A stretch of 64,000 bases of DNA from Promethearchaeota archaeon (GTDB lineage Archaea > Asgardarchaeota > Lokiarchaeia > Sigyniarchaeales > SOKP01). Below are positions 35,706 to 45,420 of the stretch, piece after piece; position 1 is the first letter of the stretch; each line of letters starts with the position of its first letter. Where the stretch lies: positions 30,009 to 94,008 of the forward strand of contig JBHLNS010000008.1 in assembly GCA_048941285.1 (NCBI GenBank). Direction: 5' to 3'. The notes below the pieces were generated by a model. The model was not told the DNA's origin, ran no database searches, and saw nothing but the letters and a program-made list of their open reading frames with translations. A program made the translations under genes and the position numbers.

Positions 35706-36776
35706 ATGGCAGTTGAAGAAAAATCAGAAACTTATGAAAACTTATTTAGTCTTAAACTTCGAAAGTATGAGGATAAACTTGTAGAGTTTCTTTTAGATAT
35801 AGCTGAAAGTAAACGTGTTAATCCAAAAATATCTAAAATCTCTTCATATTTATTAATCCATGGAGAATTAACTCAGAGAGAATTAAAGGAGTTAACAGGA
35901 TTTTCAATGGGCTCAATTTCCACTTTCTTATCTGTTATGACTGGTACAGGAACCTATAAAAAAGAGCGACTTCCTGGTACTCATACCTATGTGTATTCCT
36001 TTTCGGGCAAACTTGAAGATCTTACCACAATGGGATTAGAACTCGCGTTAAATAGTTTCAATAGGTTACAGAGTTATTTTAAAAACAAAAAAAAGGAATT
36101 AAATAAATTACTTGAACAATCTAAAAAAGGAGCAGATCATCTTCTTCAAAGAATTGATGAATTGTTTGAAGTATTTGAAATTTATAAAGTTTTATTCCCT
36201 ATAATAACTCAGAATAAAATTGATAAAAACATCAATGTAGAAAAACCAATTCTTACCAGAAGAGAAGAAAAGGAACCAAAGAAAATTCAATTTGATGCAG
36301 AAGTATATGTACTTGAAGATGATATTTTGAATCAATTTGCAGCATCACCTATTTTTTCAAGCCGAGATCCAATGTTTGTTAAGATTCTTGGCTATTTTAT
36401 TACTAGAAAATATCTTACTCAAAAAAAAATAAAGAATATTACAGGTTTATCAGTTGGGAAAATTTCTGAAGAAGTTAACTTATTATTAGAAAACGGACTA
36501 ATAGAAAAAGTGGACATATCACCTAAAGGAAAAATTACATATGGGGCTGAATCTGCTGGAGTAATTCTCCTAAAGTTTTCACGATCGATTATTAACAAAA
36601 TGGCAGAATGGGATACTGAGCTACAAAAAATGAAGATAGAATTGGAAAATAATAGAACTAGCTTAGAAAAATTGAAGGGCTATTCCCGGATTTACAAGAT
36701 TAATGATTATATTCTGGATTTAATTATGAAATATAAAATATTTATTGAAATGGCGGATCAAATTTTAAACGCATAA
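35706..36776 (+). CDS. Double winged-helix regulator (fusion equivalent of ORFs 32153-32671 and 32674-33204)
   Basis: 356 aa. HTH 1 is ISSYLLIHGELTQRELKELTGFSMGSISTFLSVM. HTH 2 is ILGYFITRKYLTQKKIKNITGLSVGKISEEVNLLLENGLIEKV. Each is followed by a helical region resembling the tail of the corresponding split gene (for example LEKLKGYSRIYKINDYILDL versus LQKLNGYDKVKDFLEINL). Confidence 0.6.
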   Translation: MAVEEKSETYENLFSLKLRKYEDKLVEFLLDIAESKRVNPKISKISSYLLIHGELTQRELKELTGFSMGSISTFLSVMTGTGTYKKERLPGTHTYVYSFSGKLEDLTTMGLELALNSFNRLQSYFKNKKKELNKLLEQSKKGADHLLQRIDELFEVFEIYKVLFPIITQNKIDKNINVEKPILTRREEKEPKKIQFDAEVYVLEDDILNQFAASPIFSSRDPMFVKILGYFITRKYLTQKKIKNITGLSVGKISEEVNLLLENGLIEKVDISPKGKITYGAESAGVILLKFSRSIINKMAEWDTELQKMKIELENNRTSLEKLKGYSRIYKINDYILDLIMKYKIFIEMADQILNA

Positions 36777-36804
36777 AAAAATAAATTATTTCTATTTTCA
36801 AAAA

Positions 36805-37713
36805 TTACATTCTTATTAGATTTTTTCTCGGTAATTGTTGGATTTTTGGGTCATTAATGTAAGAAGCTAATACTTTTATAAAATTTTCTCGATCTTTTTT
36901 TATATTTGAAGATTCTAAGGCGCAATAATTAGATATATGGTCATTAAAAACCTGAGAAGTCACATTTTCCGCTAAATTTTCTATAATTTGCTTTTCTTCT
37001 TTTAAATTTTCAACAGGACTTAATAATTTAAATTTTCCTGATTTCCAATCATCCCAAAGAGGAGTACCAGGTAAAATATTTAATGTTCTAAAACGAAAAA
37101 TGGTGGGATTAATTTCACTTAATACTCTGGCCGTTTCTATTACATGTTCTTCTGAATATTTATGACTTCCTAATCCTAAAATTATGTATAATGATAATTG
37201 GATTCCCGCATTTAAAATCTTCTTTCCTGCCTTTATCATAGATTCTGCATTTGTTCCTTTTTTCATAATTCTTAATATTGTATTTGAACCACTTTCTAAT
37301 CCCATATAAACAATATCTAATCCTGCATTGGCTAATTTTTTTAATTCTTCATCCGTTTTTCTTAGAATATCTAAAGATTTAGCATAACAACTCACTCGTG
37401 GAACATCTCTTAATTTTACTCTGACATATTTAATAATGTCAACTAAATAATCTGTTGGAGCAGAAGTAGGGTTACCTCCTGCTAAAAAAACGGGGAAACC
37501 ATGATAATTACTCTCAGTATATCTATCAATATCTTTTTTTACATCTTCTAAAGATCGAATAGCGTAGTCTTGAGATACTCCATATACACCTTTATAAGTT
37601 CCACAAAAACGGCATTGATTCCACGAACATCCACCAGTCACAGGTATTAAAACTGAATAGGCTTCAACAGGAGGTCTTATAACAATTTGATCAGGAGGAA
37701 TTTTAATAGCCAT
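36805..37713 (-). CDS. Radical SAM protein with CX4CX2C cluster motif
   Basis: 302 aa. IRPPVEAYSVLIPVTGGCSWNQCRFCGTY, FLAGGNP, YMGLESGS. Paralog of ORF 48502-49428. Confidence 0.75.
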   Translation of the reverse strand: MAIKIPPDQIVIRPPVEAYSVLIPVTGGCSWNQCRFCGTYKGVYGVSQDYAIRSLEDVKKDIDRYTESNYHGFPVFLAGGNPTSAPTDYLVDIIKYVRVKLRDVPRVSCYAKSLDILRKTDEELKKLANAGLDIVYMGLESGSNTILRIMKKGTNAESMIKAGKKILNAGIQLSLYIILGLGSHKYSEEHVIETARVLSEINPTIFRFRTLNILPGTPLWDDWKSGKFKLLSPVENLKEEKQIIENLAENVTSQVFNDHISNYCALESSNIKKDRENFIKVLASYINDPKIQQLPRKNLIRM

Positions 37714-37987
37714 AAAGTTTCATATGAAAAAATAATTAATGAATTTAAACAACCTTTTTTTCTATTATATTAAAAGAAAAGCGACTTTTAGATATTATTC
37801 TTATAATTCATATATTTTTGAATCTTCCTAAGATATTTTATTAACTTAGCTTATAAATAACCGCCTTAGATAACTATTTAAGGTGTTATATATTCATTTT
37901 ATTAAAATTAAAGAATATAACATTCCAATAATCAAACATTAATAATTTCTAGGATAATTTAATTGACATTCAAGGATCTATTATAAA

Positions 37988-38584
37988 ATGAGTTATAACC
38001 GAAAAGATATTTTATTTAGCTTTAAAACCGTGATTTGTGGTGCCAGTTCAGTAGGTAAAACCTCATTATTTAATCGTTATTGTTTTAACTCATTCAATTT
38101 TGATAGCTCTCCAACAATTGGAATAAATTTTCATTCTGTCTATTTAAAAATAAATTTTAAAAAGGAGATAAACCCACAGAAGGAAAATTATGTTGTAAAC
38201 TCTATTTTTGATTTCGGAGGGCAAGAAAGATTTACCCCGTTAATTCCAAAATTTATAGACGGTGCTAATGGAGCTTTATTAGTTTTTGATTCCGTAAATT
38301 TTCCATCTTTCAATCAATTAGATTTTTGGTATGATAATATCATTGAAAATGCAATAGATCCAAAGATTCCTATTATATTAGTTGCAAATAAAAGTGATTT
38401 AATAGAGAAAACCTCAGAATCTGAAATTATTCATGATAAATTAATTTTTGAATATTTAGAAAATCGAAAATTAGATGGTTTCGCTAGAACATCCGCTTTA
38501 GAGAATTACAATGTTTTAGAAGTATTTAAAAAATTAAATAATTTAATGTTGAAGAAACAACGGATTCCATTTGTTGTAGCATAA
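37988..38584 (+). CDS. Rab-like small GTPase
   Basis: G1 GASSVGKTS, G2 SPTIGINF, G3 FDFGGQERF, G4 ANKSDL, G5 TSALEN. 198 aa with no C-terminal cysteine (ends IPFVVA). Confidence 0.85.
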   Translation: MSYNRKDILFSFKTVICGASSVGKTSLFNRYCFNSFNFDSSPTIGINFHSVYLKINFKKEINPQKENYVVNSIFDFGGQERFTPLIPKFIDGANGALLVFDSVNFPSFNQLDFWYDNIIENAIDPKIPIILVANKSDLIEKTSESEIIHDKLIFEYLENRKLDGFARTSALENYNVLEVFKKLNNLMLKKQRIPFVVA

Positions 38585-38601
38585 AATATTAGAGAGAAAT
38601 A

Positions 38602-39675
38602 TTAAAATTCTCTTGAATAAACAAAATCTGAAAAACCATTAAAAAAGATTTTTTGTTCTCTATTTAGATCGGGGTAAATCTCTTTTAGAGAAGTTTTAGC
38701 TTGTTCAATGAAATTTTTCGCTAAACTCTCAGCAATCATTAGTGCATTAGTTTCTAAGAAAATATTCTTCACTGTTTTTACATCATTATTTGTTAAATTT
38801 TCTTTATGATAAATTTCGTTTATTGCTTTAGATTGTTCTTCATCTGTATTTTGAACTGCTAAAATATATACAATTTTTCTCTTCTTTCCTTTAATGTCGT
38901 CTTCTAGATCAAGGATATCATCACGTATTGCATGAGCTTGACCAATTCGTAACATTGCATAACTTAATGGTTTAATTTGATAATGAATATTACCTTTTGC
39001 TAAAATTGCTCCAATTTTAGTAGACTTTTCAAATATTCTTGCTTTTTGAAATTCAGCGATATTCAAATATTGTTCTAAAGTCATAGTTATATTATTATAG
39101 TTCATGTACTCTTCAACCAATTGTCCCTTCATCAAATAATCCATTGCTTCTGTATATTCATTAATAGCAAATAGTTTCAATTGTTCTGGAAATTTTGAAG
39201 ATTTTAAAATATCTAAACCTAAAAGATAACCTTGTGTACCTCCTAATATTGACATGTCTCTTCCATATAATTCAATTACTTCTTCTTTATTTGGGAGATC
39301 TAAATCCTTATACACTTGATTTATTTCGTTTTCTAATTGCATATGAAAAGTTGGTTTTCCTCTTCTTGTTTTATCATCATCAAGAAGATCATCATGTATT
39401 AAATGTCCACTGTGTAGCAATTCGACTGATATGGAAACCTCACGAATTTGTTCTATTTGATCTCCTAAATACATAGGGTTTACAATACCAGAATAAGCAG
39501 CAATTAGTAAAATAGGGTGGATTCTTTTAGCTTTTTCATTTAAAATGAATTCTTCAAGTTGATTAATAAAATCATTTAAAAGTATATCCTTTTCTTTTTT
39601 ATGCAGATTAGCAAAGTATCTTTCTAATTGCTGGTCTACCATCATTTTTTCGAGTTTAAAGAATTTATCAATCAT
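38602..39675 (-). CDS. trans-Polyprenyl diphosphate synthase (GGPP/FPP synthase family)
   Basis: First Asp-rich motif LIHDDLLDDDKTRRG and second Asp-rich motif IRDDILDLEDD. Confidence 0.85.
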   Translation of the reverse strand: MIDKFFKLEKMMVDQQLERYFANLHKKEKDILLNDFINQLEEFILNEKAKRIHPILLIAAYSGIVNPMYLGDQIEQIREVSISVELLHSGHLIHDDLLDDDKTRRGKPTFHMQLENEINQVYKDLDLPNKEEVIELYGRDMSILGGTQGYLLGLDILKSSKFPEQLKLFAINEYTEAMDYLMKGQLVEEYMNYNNITMTLEQYLNIAEFQKARIFEKSTKIGAILAKGNIHYQIKPLSYAMLRIGQAHAIRDDILDLEDDIKGKKRKIVYILAVQNTDEEQSKAINEIYHKENLTNNDVKTVKNIFLETNALMIAESLAKNFIEQAKTSLKEIYPDLNREQKIFFNGFSDFVYSREF

Positions 39676-39794
39676 GTTAAATACATAAATTTGCTTTAGT
39701 TTAGCTAATGAATAATATTAATATTAAACATTTAATAATTTAATTTTATTATATAACAAACTAAAAAATTCATTTTAAAAGGAGATTATTAAGG

Positions 39795-40307
39795 ATGAAA
39801 ATTGCGGTAATTTCAGACTCCCATGATCATAAAAGCAATATCTTAAAAGCAATATCAATTATAAATGAAAGAAATGTTGATGCCCTTATACATTGTGGAG
39901 ATTATGTTGCACCATTTGTTAGGAGATGGTTTAACGAATTAAAAGATTCAATAAAAAATAATTTTTTTGGAGTTTTTGGGAACAATGACGGAGAAATCCT
40001 TCTTCTAAAAGAAAACTTAGGAAAAATATGCGAATTTCCACAAAATGGAAAGGAAATGATTTTAAATTTAGGAGGTAAACGAATCTTTGTATCTCACATG
40101 CCCCGAGAACAAACAATAGAAGCTTTAGGAAAATCGGGAAATTTTGATATTATTTTAACAGGTCATACACATGTCTTGTTTAATAAAAAATTAGAAAATG
40201 GTACTCTCGTGATTAATCCAGGCGAAGTCTGTGGTTACTTAACAGGAAAGGCTACTTTTGCTATTATAGATACGGATGGAATGGAATCTGAAATAATTGA
40301 GCTATAA
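39795..40307 (+). CDS. YfcE/MJ0936-family metallophosphoesterase
   Basis: ISDSHDH, HCGDY, GNNDG, GHTH motifs in canonical order. 170 aa. Confidence 0.85.
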   Translation: MKIAVISDSHDHKSNILKAISIINERNVDALIHCGDYVAPFVRRWFNELKDSIKNNFFGVFGNNDGEILLLKENLGKICEFPQNGKEMILNLGGKRIFVSHMPREQTIEALGKSGNFDIILTGHTHVLFNKKLENGTLVINPGEVCGYLTGKATFAIIDTDGMESEIIEL

Positions 40308-40482
40308 GATTCAAATAGTTTTTTAATAAATTGTGTTTTCAAAAAGTAAGCTCTTTAATATTGAATTTATTCAAAATAGGAGAAGAAATAGGATTAAGTT
40401 TTGAAATCTCAGTGAGCTTAAATTCGTTTATCATTCCAAGCTTTTTACGTATACTTTTATTTTATCTAATTTTTTATTTATT

Positions 40483-41697
40483 ATGTCATTACCATTGGAA
40501 GGGAAAATAATATTAGATCTGACTAGAATGCTACCTGGACCCTTTTGTTCTATGATACTCTCTGATCTTGGGGCCAATGTTATTCGCGTTGAAGATCCTC
40601 GCTATTTCTATGGACAACCACCTCCATTCTTTCAAAAAGGAAAATATCGTGAAAGTGCTTTTAATTCAATTCTTAATAGGAATAAAAAGTCAATTACTCT
40701 TAATTTAAAAAAGGAAAAAGCTCGTGAAATTTTTTATAAATTGGTAAAAGAAGCTGATGTAGTTATTGATTCCTTTCGACCTAAAGTTACAAATAAATTG
40801 AAAATTGACTATAAAACGTTAAGTGAAATAAATCCATCAATAATATGTTGTTCTCTGACAGGTTATGGCCAATCTGGTCCATATGAACAAATAGCGGGTC
40901 ATGATCTTAATTATATTGGAATATGTGGTATTTTAGATTTAAACAGAGAACGAAAGGTTTTTGGTAATGAATCACGAGAAAGAATGCCCGTAAATCCTGG
41001 GGTTCAAGTAGCGGATATAGGAGGAGGATTAGTTTCAACTATAGGGATATTAGGAGCAATAATTGAAAGAGAGAGAAATCAAGAAAGAAAAGGACAATAT
41101 ATAGATATATCAATGACAGATTCTGTTTTTTCATTCATGCCTCTCGTTGCTGCTTATCATTTTTCTAAAGACCTAAATGAGGGGATAGAAACTCAAAATC
41201 CCTTACATGGAGATTTTCCTTTTTATAATGTATACAAAACAAAAGATAATAGATTTTTGTCAGTAGGGATTGTAGAAGTTAAGTTCTGGCGGGCATTATG
41301 TGAAACAATAGGACGTAATGATTTAATTCTCAAACAATTTGCTCAAGGCAAAGAAAGAGAGTATGTTTTTATAGAACTCCAAAAAGAATTTTTGAAAAAG
41401 ACTCAAAAAGAGTGGATGGATATGTTTAAAAGCCTTGACGTTTGCATTATGCCAGTAAAATCTTTTGCTGAAGCGTGTGATGATCCTCAAATTAAAGCTC
41501 GTAATATGGTAATAGAAATGGACCATCCAAAGTTTGGGAAAATTCAAAATATATCTTCACCTATCAAATATTCACGAACACCTCTAAGGATTAGAGAATT
41601 ATCTCCTAAACTTGGTCAACATACAAAGCAGATTCTTAAAAAGTTGGGATATTCCGATGAAGATGTTCGAGAATTTAGAAAAAAAGGAATTATATAA
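40483..41697 (+). CDS. Family III CoA-transferase (CaiB/BaiF/AMACR-like)
   Basis: N-terminus PLEGKIILDLTRMLPGPFCSMILSDLGANVIRVE, then GYGQSGPY and HDLNY. Confidence 0.85.
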   Translation: MSLPLEGKIILDLTRMLPGPFCSMILSDLGANVIRVEDPRYFYGQPPPFFQKGKYRESAFNSILNRNKKSITLNLKKEKAREIFYKLVKEADVVIDSFRPKVTNKLKIDYKTLSEINPSIICCSLTGYGQSGPYEQIAGHDLNYIGICGILDLNRERKVFGNESRERMPVNPGVQVADIGGGLVSTIGILGAIIERERNQERKGQYIDISMTDSVFSFMPLVAAYHFSKDLNEGIETQNPLHGDFPFYNVYKTKDNRFLSVGIVEVKFWRALCETIGRNDLILKQFAQGKEREYVFIELQKEFLKKTQKEWMDMFKSLDVCIMPVKSFAEACDDPQIKARNMVIEMDHPKFGKIQNISSPIKYSRTPLRIRELSPKLGQHTKQILKKLGYSDEDVREFRKKGII

Positions 41698-41718
41698 TTT
41701 TTATTATTATAACTGAAA

Positions 41719-42090
41719 TTAGAAAATTAAGATTAATGATGTGATAATTAGAGAAATAAATGTAAATACTAATAAAGTGATAAACATAGGCCAATCCTTT
41801 AATTGACCATAAAAACCTGCTGCGTTTATTGTAGAGTAGATAGCCATTCCAATAGCAATAAAAAATACTGCTATTCCCCAAAATTGATTCATAATCAATC
41901 CAATCCCTCCAATTATAAGCGCTATAGATGTTAAAAATTCAGCAATTAAATGAAAATATATTTGCGTTGGCTTAGTTTTAAGTTCGGGTACTTCTCTCTT
42001 CATTATTAATAAGAACCACATACATAGCATTGTTATTCCAATTATTATAACATAAATTGAAGCAATTAATTCAAATACTATTTTATTCAC
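41719..42090 (-). CDS. Small four-helix integral membrane protein
   Basis: 123 aa, four hydrophobic segments, GTG start. No family recognised. Confidence 0.45.
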   Translation of the reverse strand: MNKIVFELIASIYVIIIGITMLCMWFLLIMKREVPELKTKPTQIYFHLIAEFLTSIALIIGGIGLIMNQFWGIAVFFIAIGMAIYSTINAAGFYGQLKDWPMFITLLVFTFISLIITSLILIF

Positions 42091-42190
42091 CTTTAAATAT
42101 TAGGTTGATTCAGTTTAATTAATAGTTAAATTAACTTAAATTTTCTATAAACCTTTTTATTTAAAAATTGATCTTGAATTAGTTGTATTA

Positions 42191-43462
42191 TTATTTATAA
42201 TTTACAAAATCAAAAACGACTTTAATAGCATGAGATTCAGATTTATGAGCGAGTGTGTTAAACGCAGTCCTGTATTCTTCAAGGGGAAATTTATGAGTAA
42301 TTAGTATCTGTGGATCTATTAATCCTTCTGATAAAAAATTTAAAAAATGTTCAAATGCGTGTAAAAATACATTATGGAACATTTCTATACCAAATGCATT
42401 TGAACCTATAACTTCGAGTTCTTTAAAATAATGAAGTGTATTTTCAAACCTCTTTGGAGAGCTTACACCAAAAAATACTAATTTACCTTGAGTGCGAAGT
42501 ATTCTTTCTCCGATTTCAAAAGTCTCTGCTGAAGCAATGGTATCAACTATTGCATCCACACCATCAAATGTCCATTTAAGCCCCTTTTTAGGTGTGTATA
42601 ATTCAGCATTGTTATATGCAGCTATTTCTTCAATTAATAACTCACCTGAGTTTAAAAAAACATGATCAGCTCCTAATTTAATGGCTATATCTTTCTGAAA
42701 TTGATATCGCCCAATGCCTATTACATTTTTTACTCTAAAAATGTTTTTTAAACAAAGTATTGTCAACAAACCTATAACACCTAAACCATAAACAAGAATT
42801 TGAGAACCAGGGTTAGGATTTAACAATACTAGAGAGTGAAAAGAAACAGAAAAAGGATCTGCCAAAACTGCTTGCTCAAATGATATTTTATCAGGTATAG
42901 AAAAACATTGAGATTCATGAACGGTTAAATATGGACTAAATCCACCATATCCACGTGTAACACCTAAGTGCATTCCTACTGGAATTTTACCCTTCTGGAA
43001 ATTTTGACAATGTTTAAAATCACCTAAAGAACATCTTGAACATATCGGTATGATTCCGCGAGGAATACATGAGAACCATGGATTAATTACAACCCGATCT
43101 CCTTTTTTAAACTTTTTGACTTTACTTCCAACACTTTCTATAATACCGACAGGTTCATGCCCCATTATCTGAGGAAAAGAAATAAACGATCGTATAGGAT
43201 TATCAAGTGAGCCATTAAGTCTTAATTCAGTCATATCACTACCACAAATTCCACAAAAAACAGTTTTCACAATAACCCAGTCTTCTGCAATCAACTTTGG
43301 ATATGGAACATTTTTTAGAGAAACTGGTCCTCCCGATTTCCAATACCCTTTAGGATTTATTTTTCCTCTGATAAATGCTTTCAATAATTTGAATTTTTTT
43401 AATTCAAATGTTAATGCAGGAATGCACCCCTTCTCATTTTTTGAATTCATATAAAATTTCAC
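42191..43462 (-). CDS. Zinc-dependent medium-chain dehydrogenase/reductase (alcohol/polyol dehydrogenase-like), tandem paralog 2
   Basis: CGICGSD, GHEPVGII, structural-zinc Cys cluster CSRCSLGDFKHC, Rossmann VYGLGVIG. It has an N-terminal extension of about 45 aa. Confidence 0.8.
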   Translation of the reverse strand: MKFYMNSKNEKGCIPALTFELKKFKLLKAFIRGKINPKGYWKSGGPVSLKNVPYPKLIAEDWVIVKTVFCGICGSDMTELRLNGSLDNPIRSFISFPQIMGHEPVGIIESVGSKVKKFKKGDRVVINPWFSCIPRGIIPICSRCSLGDFKHCQNFQKGKIPVGMHLGVTRGYGGFSPYLTVHESQCFSIPDKISFEQAVLADPFSVSFHSLVLLNPNPGSQILVYGLGVIGLLTILCLKNIFRVKNVIGIGRYQFQKDIAIKLGADHVFLNSGELLIEEIAAYNNAELYTPKKGLKWTFDGVDAIVDTIASAETFEIGERILRTQGKLVFFGVSSPKRFENTLHYFKELEVIGSNAFGIEMFHNVFLHAFEHFLNFLSEGLIDPQILITHKFPLEEYRTAFNTLAHKSESHAIKVVFDFVNYK

Positions 43463-43470
43463 TCCATGAA

Positions 43471-44730
43471 TTAATCAAAATAAAATTCAACTTTAATAGA
43501 TTTATATTTCTCTTGATTTCTAGCAACCACAAACGCTTTTTTATAATCTTTCAAGAGAAATTTATGTGAAATTATTGGTGTTGGATCAATTCTTCCCTCT
43601 TCTAATAATCGAAAATAGTGATAATAGGCATGATCTCTAGTGCCTTCAAAATCTTCTATTGAAAAGGCATTACTACCAATAATATTTATTTCTTTAAAGT
43701 ACCAAGGTGTCCATTCAAATTTCTTAGGAATATGAACTCCTGTTAACACAATTACTCCGGATTTGTCCCGATTATTCTTATAATCTATTAATCTTGATTT
43801 TACGATACGTAAACCGGTCTCTAATGTTTCGGCAGATGCAACTGTATCAAATAAAAAATCAATTCCTTCTAATAACCATGGTTTATTTTTCTTTAAATAA
43901 TAAATATCATAATTTAAGTAATCTCCAACACTTTCAATAACTCTACTTGGGGGAGATGATTTGATTACTAGATCTGCACCAAATTTTTTTGCCATTTCTA
44001 CTTGATGTGGAAATCGGGCAATGGCAATTACAGTCATGTTTTCATAAATACTCTTTAAGAAGTGAATTGTTAATAATCCAAGATTTCCACATCCATAAAC
44101 CCCACAAATCGATCCTTCTCTAAGATCGACCTTTAGTATAGAATGAAGTACCACTGCAAAAGGATCTGATAGAGTGGCTTGCTCCAATGACACTGAATCA
44201 GGAATTTTTATTGCCATAGTTTTATGCGCTGGGAAAAATTCTGCAAATCCACCTGTTGCATCACTACTAGTACCTGAATGAATTCCAGGTGTGAGAATAC
44301 CTTTTGTAAAATTTCTGCAAAGATATGTATTTCCCTCTTCACAGGCGCTACAAAGGGGTTTAATTTCTCTTGGTTCGCAACTTATCCATGGATTTAAAGC
44401 AACTCTATCACCTAATTTTAAATTTGATGATTTTCCGGCTTTATTAATTATTCCAACTGCTTCATGACCTAAAGTTTGAGGCCATGAAAGTAAAGCAGTT
44501 ATAGGATTATCAAAATTCCCATCAAGAAAGATTTGTTTTTGATCTGAACCGCAAATCCCACAATATTTAGTCTTTACGATAGCCCAATTGTTAGATTTAA
44601 GCTTTGGAAGAGAAACTTCTTTCAAACGTAATGCTCCAATTTTAGAAAGATATCCTTTTAGATATAAAGTTCCCAATATTCGAGATAATGCTAATCTGTA
44701 GAGTTTATAATTAAAAATAAGTGCTTTCAT
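43471..44730 (-). CDS. Zinc-dependent medium-chain dehydrogenase/reductase, tandem paralog 1
   Basis: CGICGSD, GHEAVGII, CSACEEGNTYLC, VYGCGNLG. Colinear with the downstream paralog, including the N-terminal extension. Confidence 0.8.
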   Translation of the reverse strand: MKALIFNYKLYRLALSRILGTLYLKGYLSKIGALRLKEVSLPKLKSNNWAIVKTKYCGICGSDQKQIFLDGNFDNPITALLSWPQTLGHEAVGIINKAGKSSNLKLGDRVALNPWISCEPREIKPLCSACEEGNTYLCRNFTKGILTPGIHSGTSSDATGGFAEFFPAHKTMAIKIPDSVSLEQATLSDPFAVVLHSILKVDLREGSICGVYGCGNLGLLTIHFLKSIYENMTVIAIARFPHQVEMAKKFGADLVIKSSPPSRVIESVGDYLNYDIYYLKKNKPWLLEGIDFLFDTVASAETLETGLRIVKSRLIDYKNNRDKSGVIVLTGVHIPKKFEWTPWYFKEINIIGSNAFSIEDFEGTRDHAYYHYFRLLEEGRIDPTPIISHKFLLKDYKKAFVVARNQEKYKSIKVEFYFD

Positions 44731-44903
44731 AATGGTATTATTTTGATGTACTAAAAATCATTAGATTGTTTATATTAAATGATGTTTAAATTATAATAAA
44801 TACCGTTTTATTAAAACTCTTAATTAAGATTAAATCTAAATATTTTATTCAAGAGAACTAATATAATATTTTAGAGAATTTATATTTCAATTTTATAACG
44901 ATA

Positions 44904-45419
44904 TTGATAAATAAATCTAGAATTATGAATGTAAATATTGCTTTATATGAAATGATTAAAGTTTCTGGAATAGATTTAATTTTATCTTTACCATGTATTT
45001 TATTAAAGGGAATTTTAGAAGAAATTGATGAAAGATATGAAATACAGCATATTCCGATAACAAGAGAAGAAGAAGGAGTTGGAATTGCAGCAGGTGCTTA
45101 TTTAGGAGGGCGAACACCAGCAATATTAATGCAAAATTCTGGATTGGGTAATTCAGTAAATGCAATAAAATCATTATTGCAATTATACAACATTCCGGTC
45201 ATATTTATAATGAGTCATAGAGGTGCTGAAGGGGAAAACATTCTAGCTCAAATTCCAATGGGAAAACTTACGCCAGATCTCTTAGATTTATTAAAGATTA
45301 AAAAATTTTTTATAAATTCAGTAGATAAGGTTGATATAATTCCGAAAGCAGTAAATTTCAGTAGGAAAACAAACAAATCAGTGGGTATTCTTTTAAAAAG
45401 GAATTTGTGGAGGAATTGA
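44904..45419 (+). CDS. Sulfopyruvate/phosphonopyruvate decarboxylase-like TPP enzyme, alpha (ComD-like) subunit
   Basis: PYR-domain pattern LSLPC...PITREEEGVGIAAGAYLGGRTPAILMQNSGLGNSVNA. The more likely start is the ATG at 44925 (MNVNIALYEM). Confidence 0.7.
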   Translation: MINKSRIMNVNIALYEMIKVSGIDLILSLPCILLKGILEEIDERYEIQHIPITREEEGVGIAAGAYLGGRTPAILMQNSGLGNSVNAIKSLLQLYNIPVIFIMSHRGAEGENILAQIPMGKLTPDLLDLLKIKKFFINSVDKVDIIPKAVNFSRKTNKSVGILLKRNLWRN

Positions 45420-45420
45420 T

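Noticed and set aside
16755-39675. Idea that the prenyltransferase-repeat protein, polyprenyl synthase and ICMT-family methyltransferase form a eukaryote-like CaaX prenylation pathway for the small GTPases
   Set aside because: Neither GTPase ends in a cysteine-containing motif (EEQFQFD and IPFVVA). The repeat protein looks extracytoplasmic. The genes are dispersed. Polyprenyl synthase is needed anyway for archaeal lipids.
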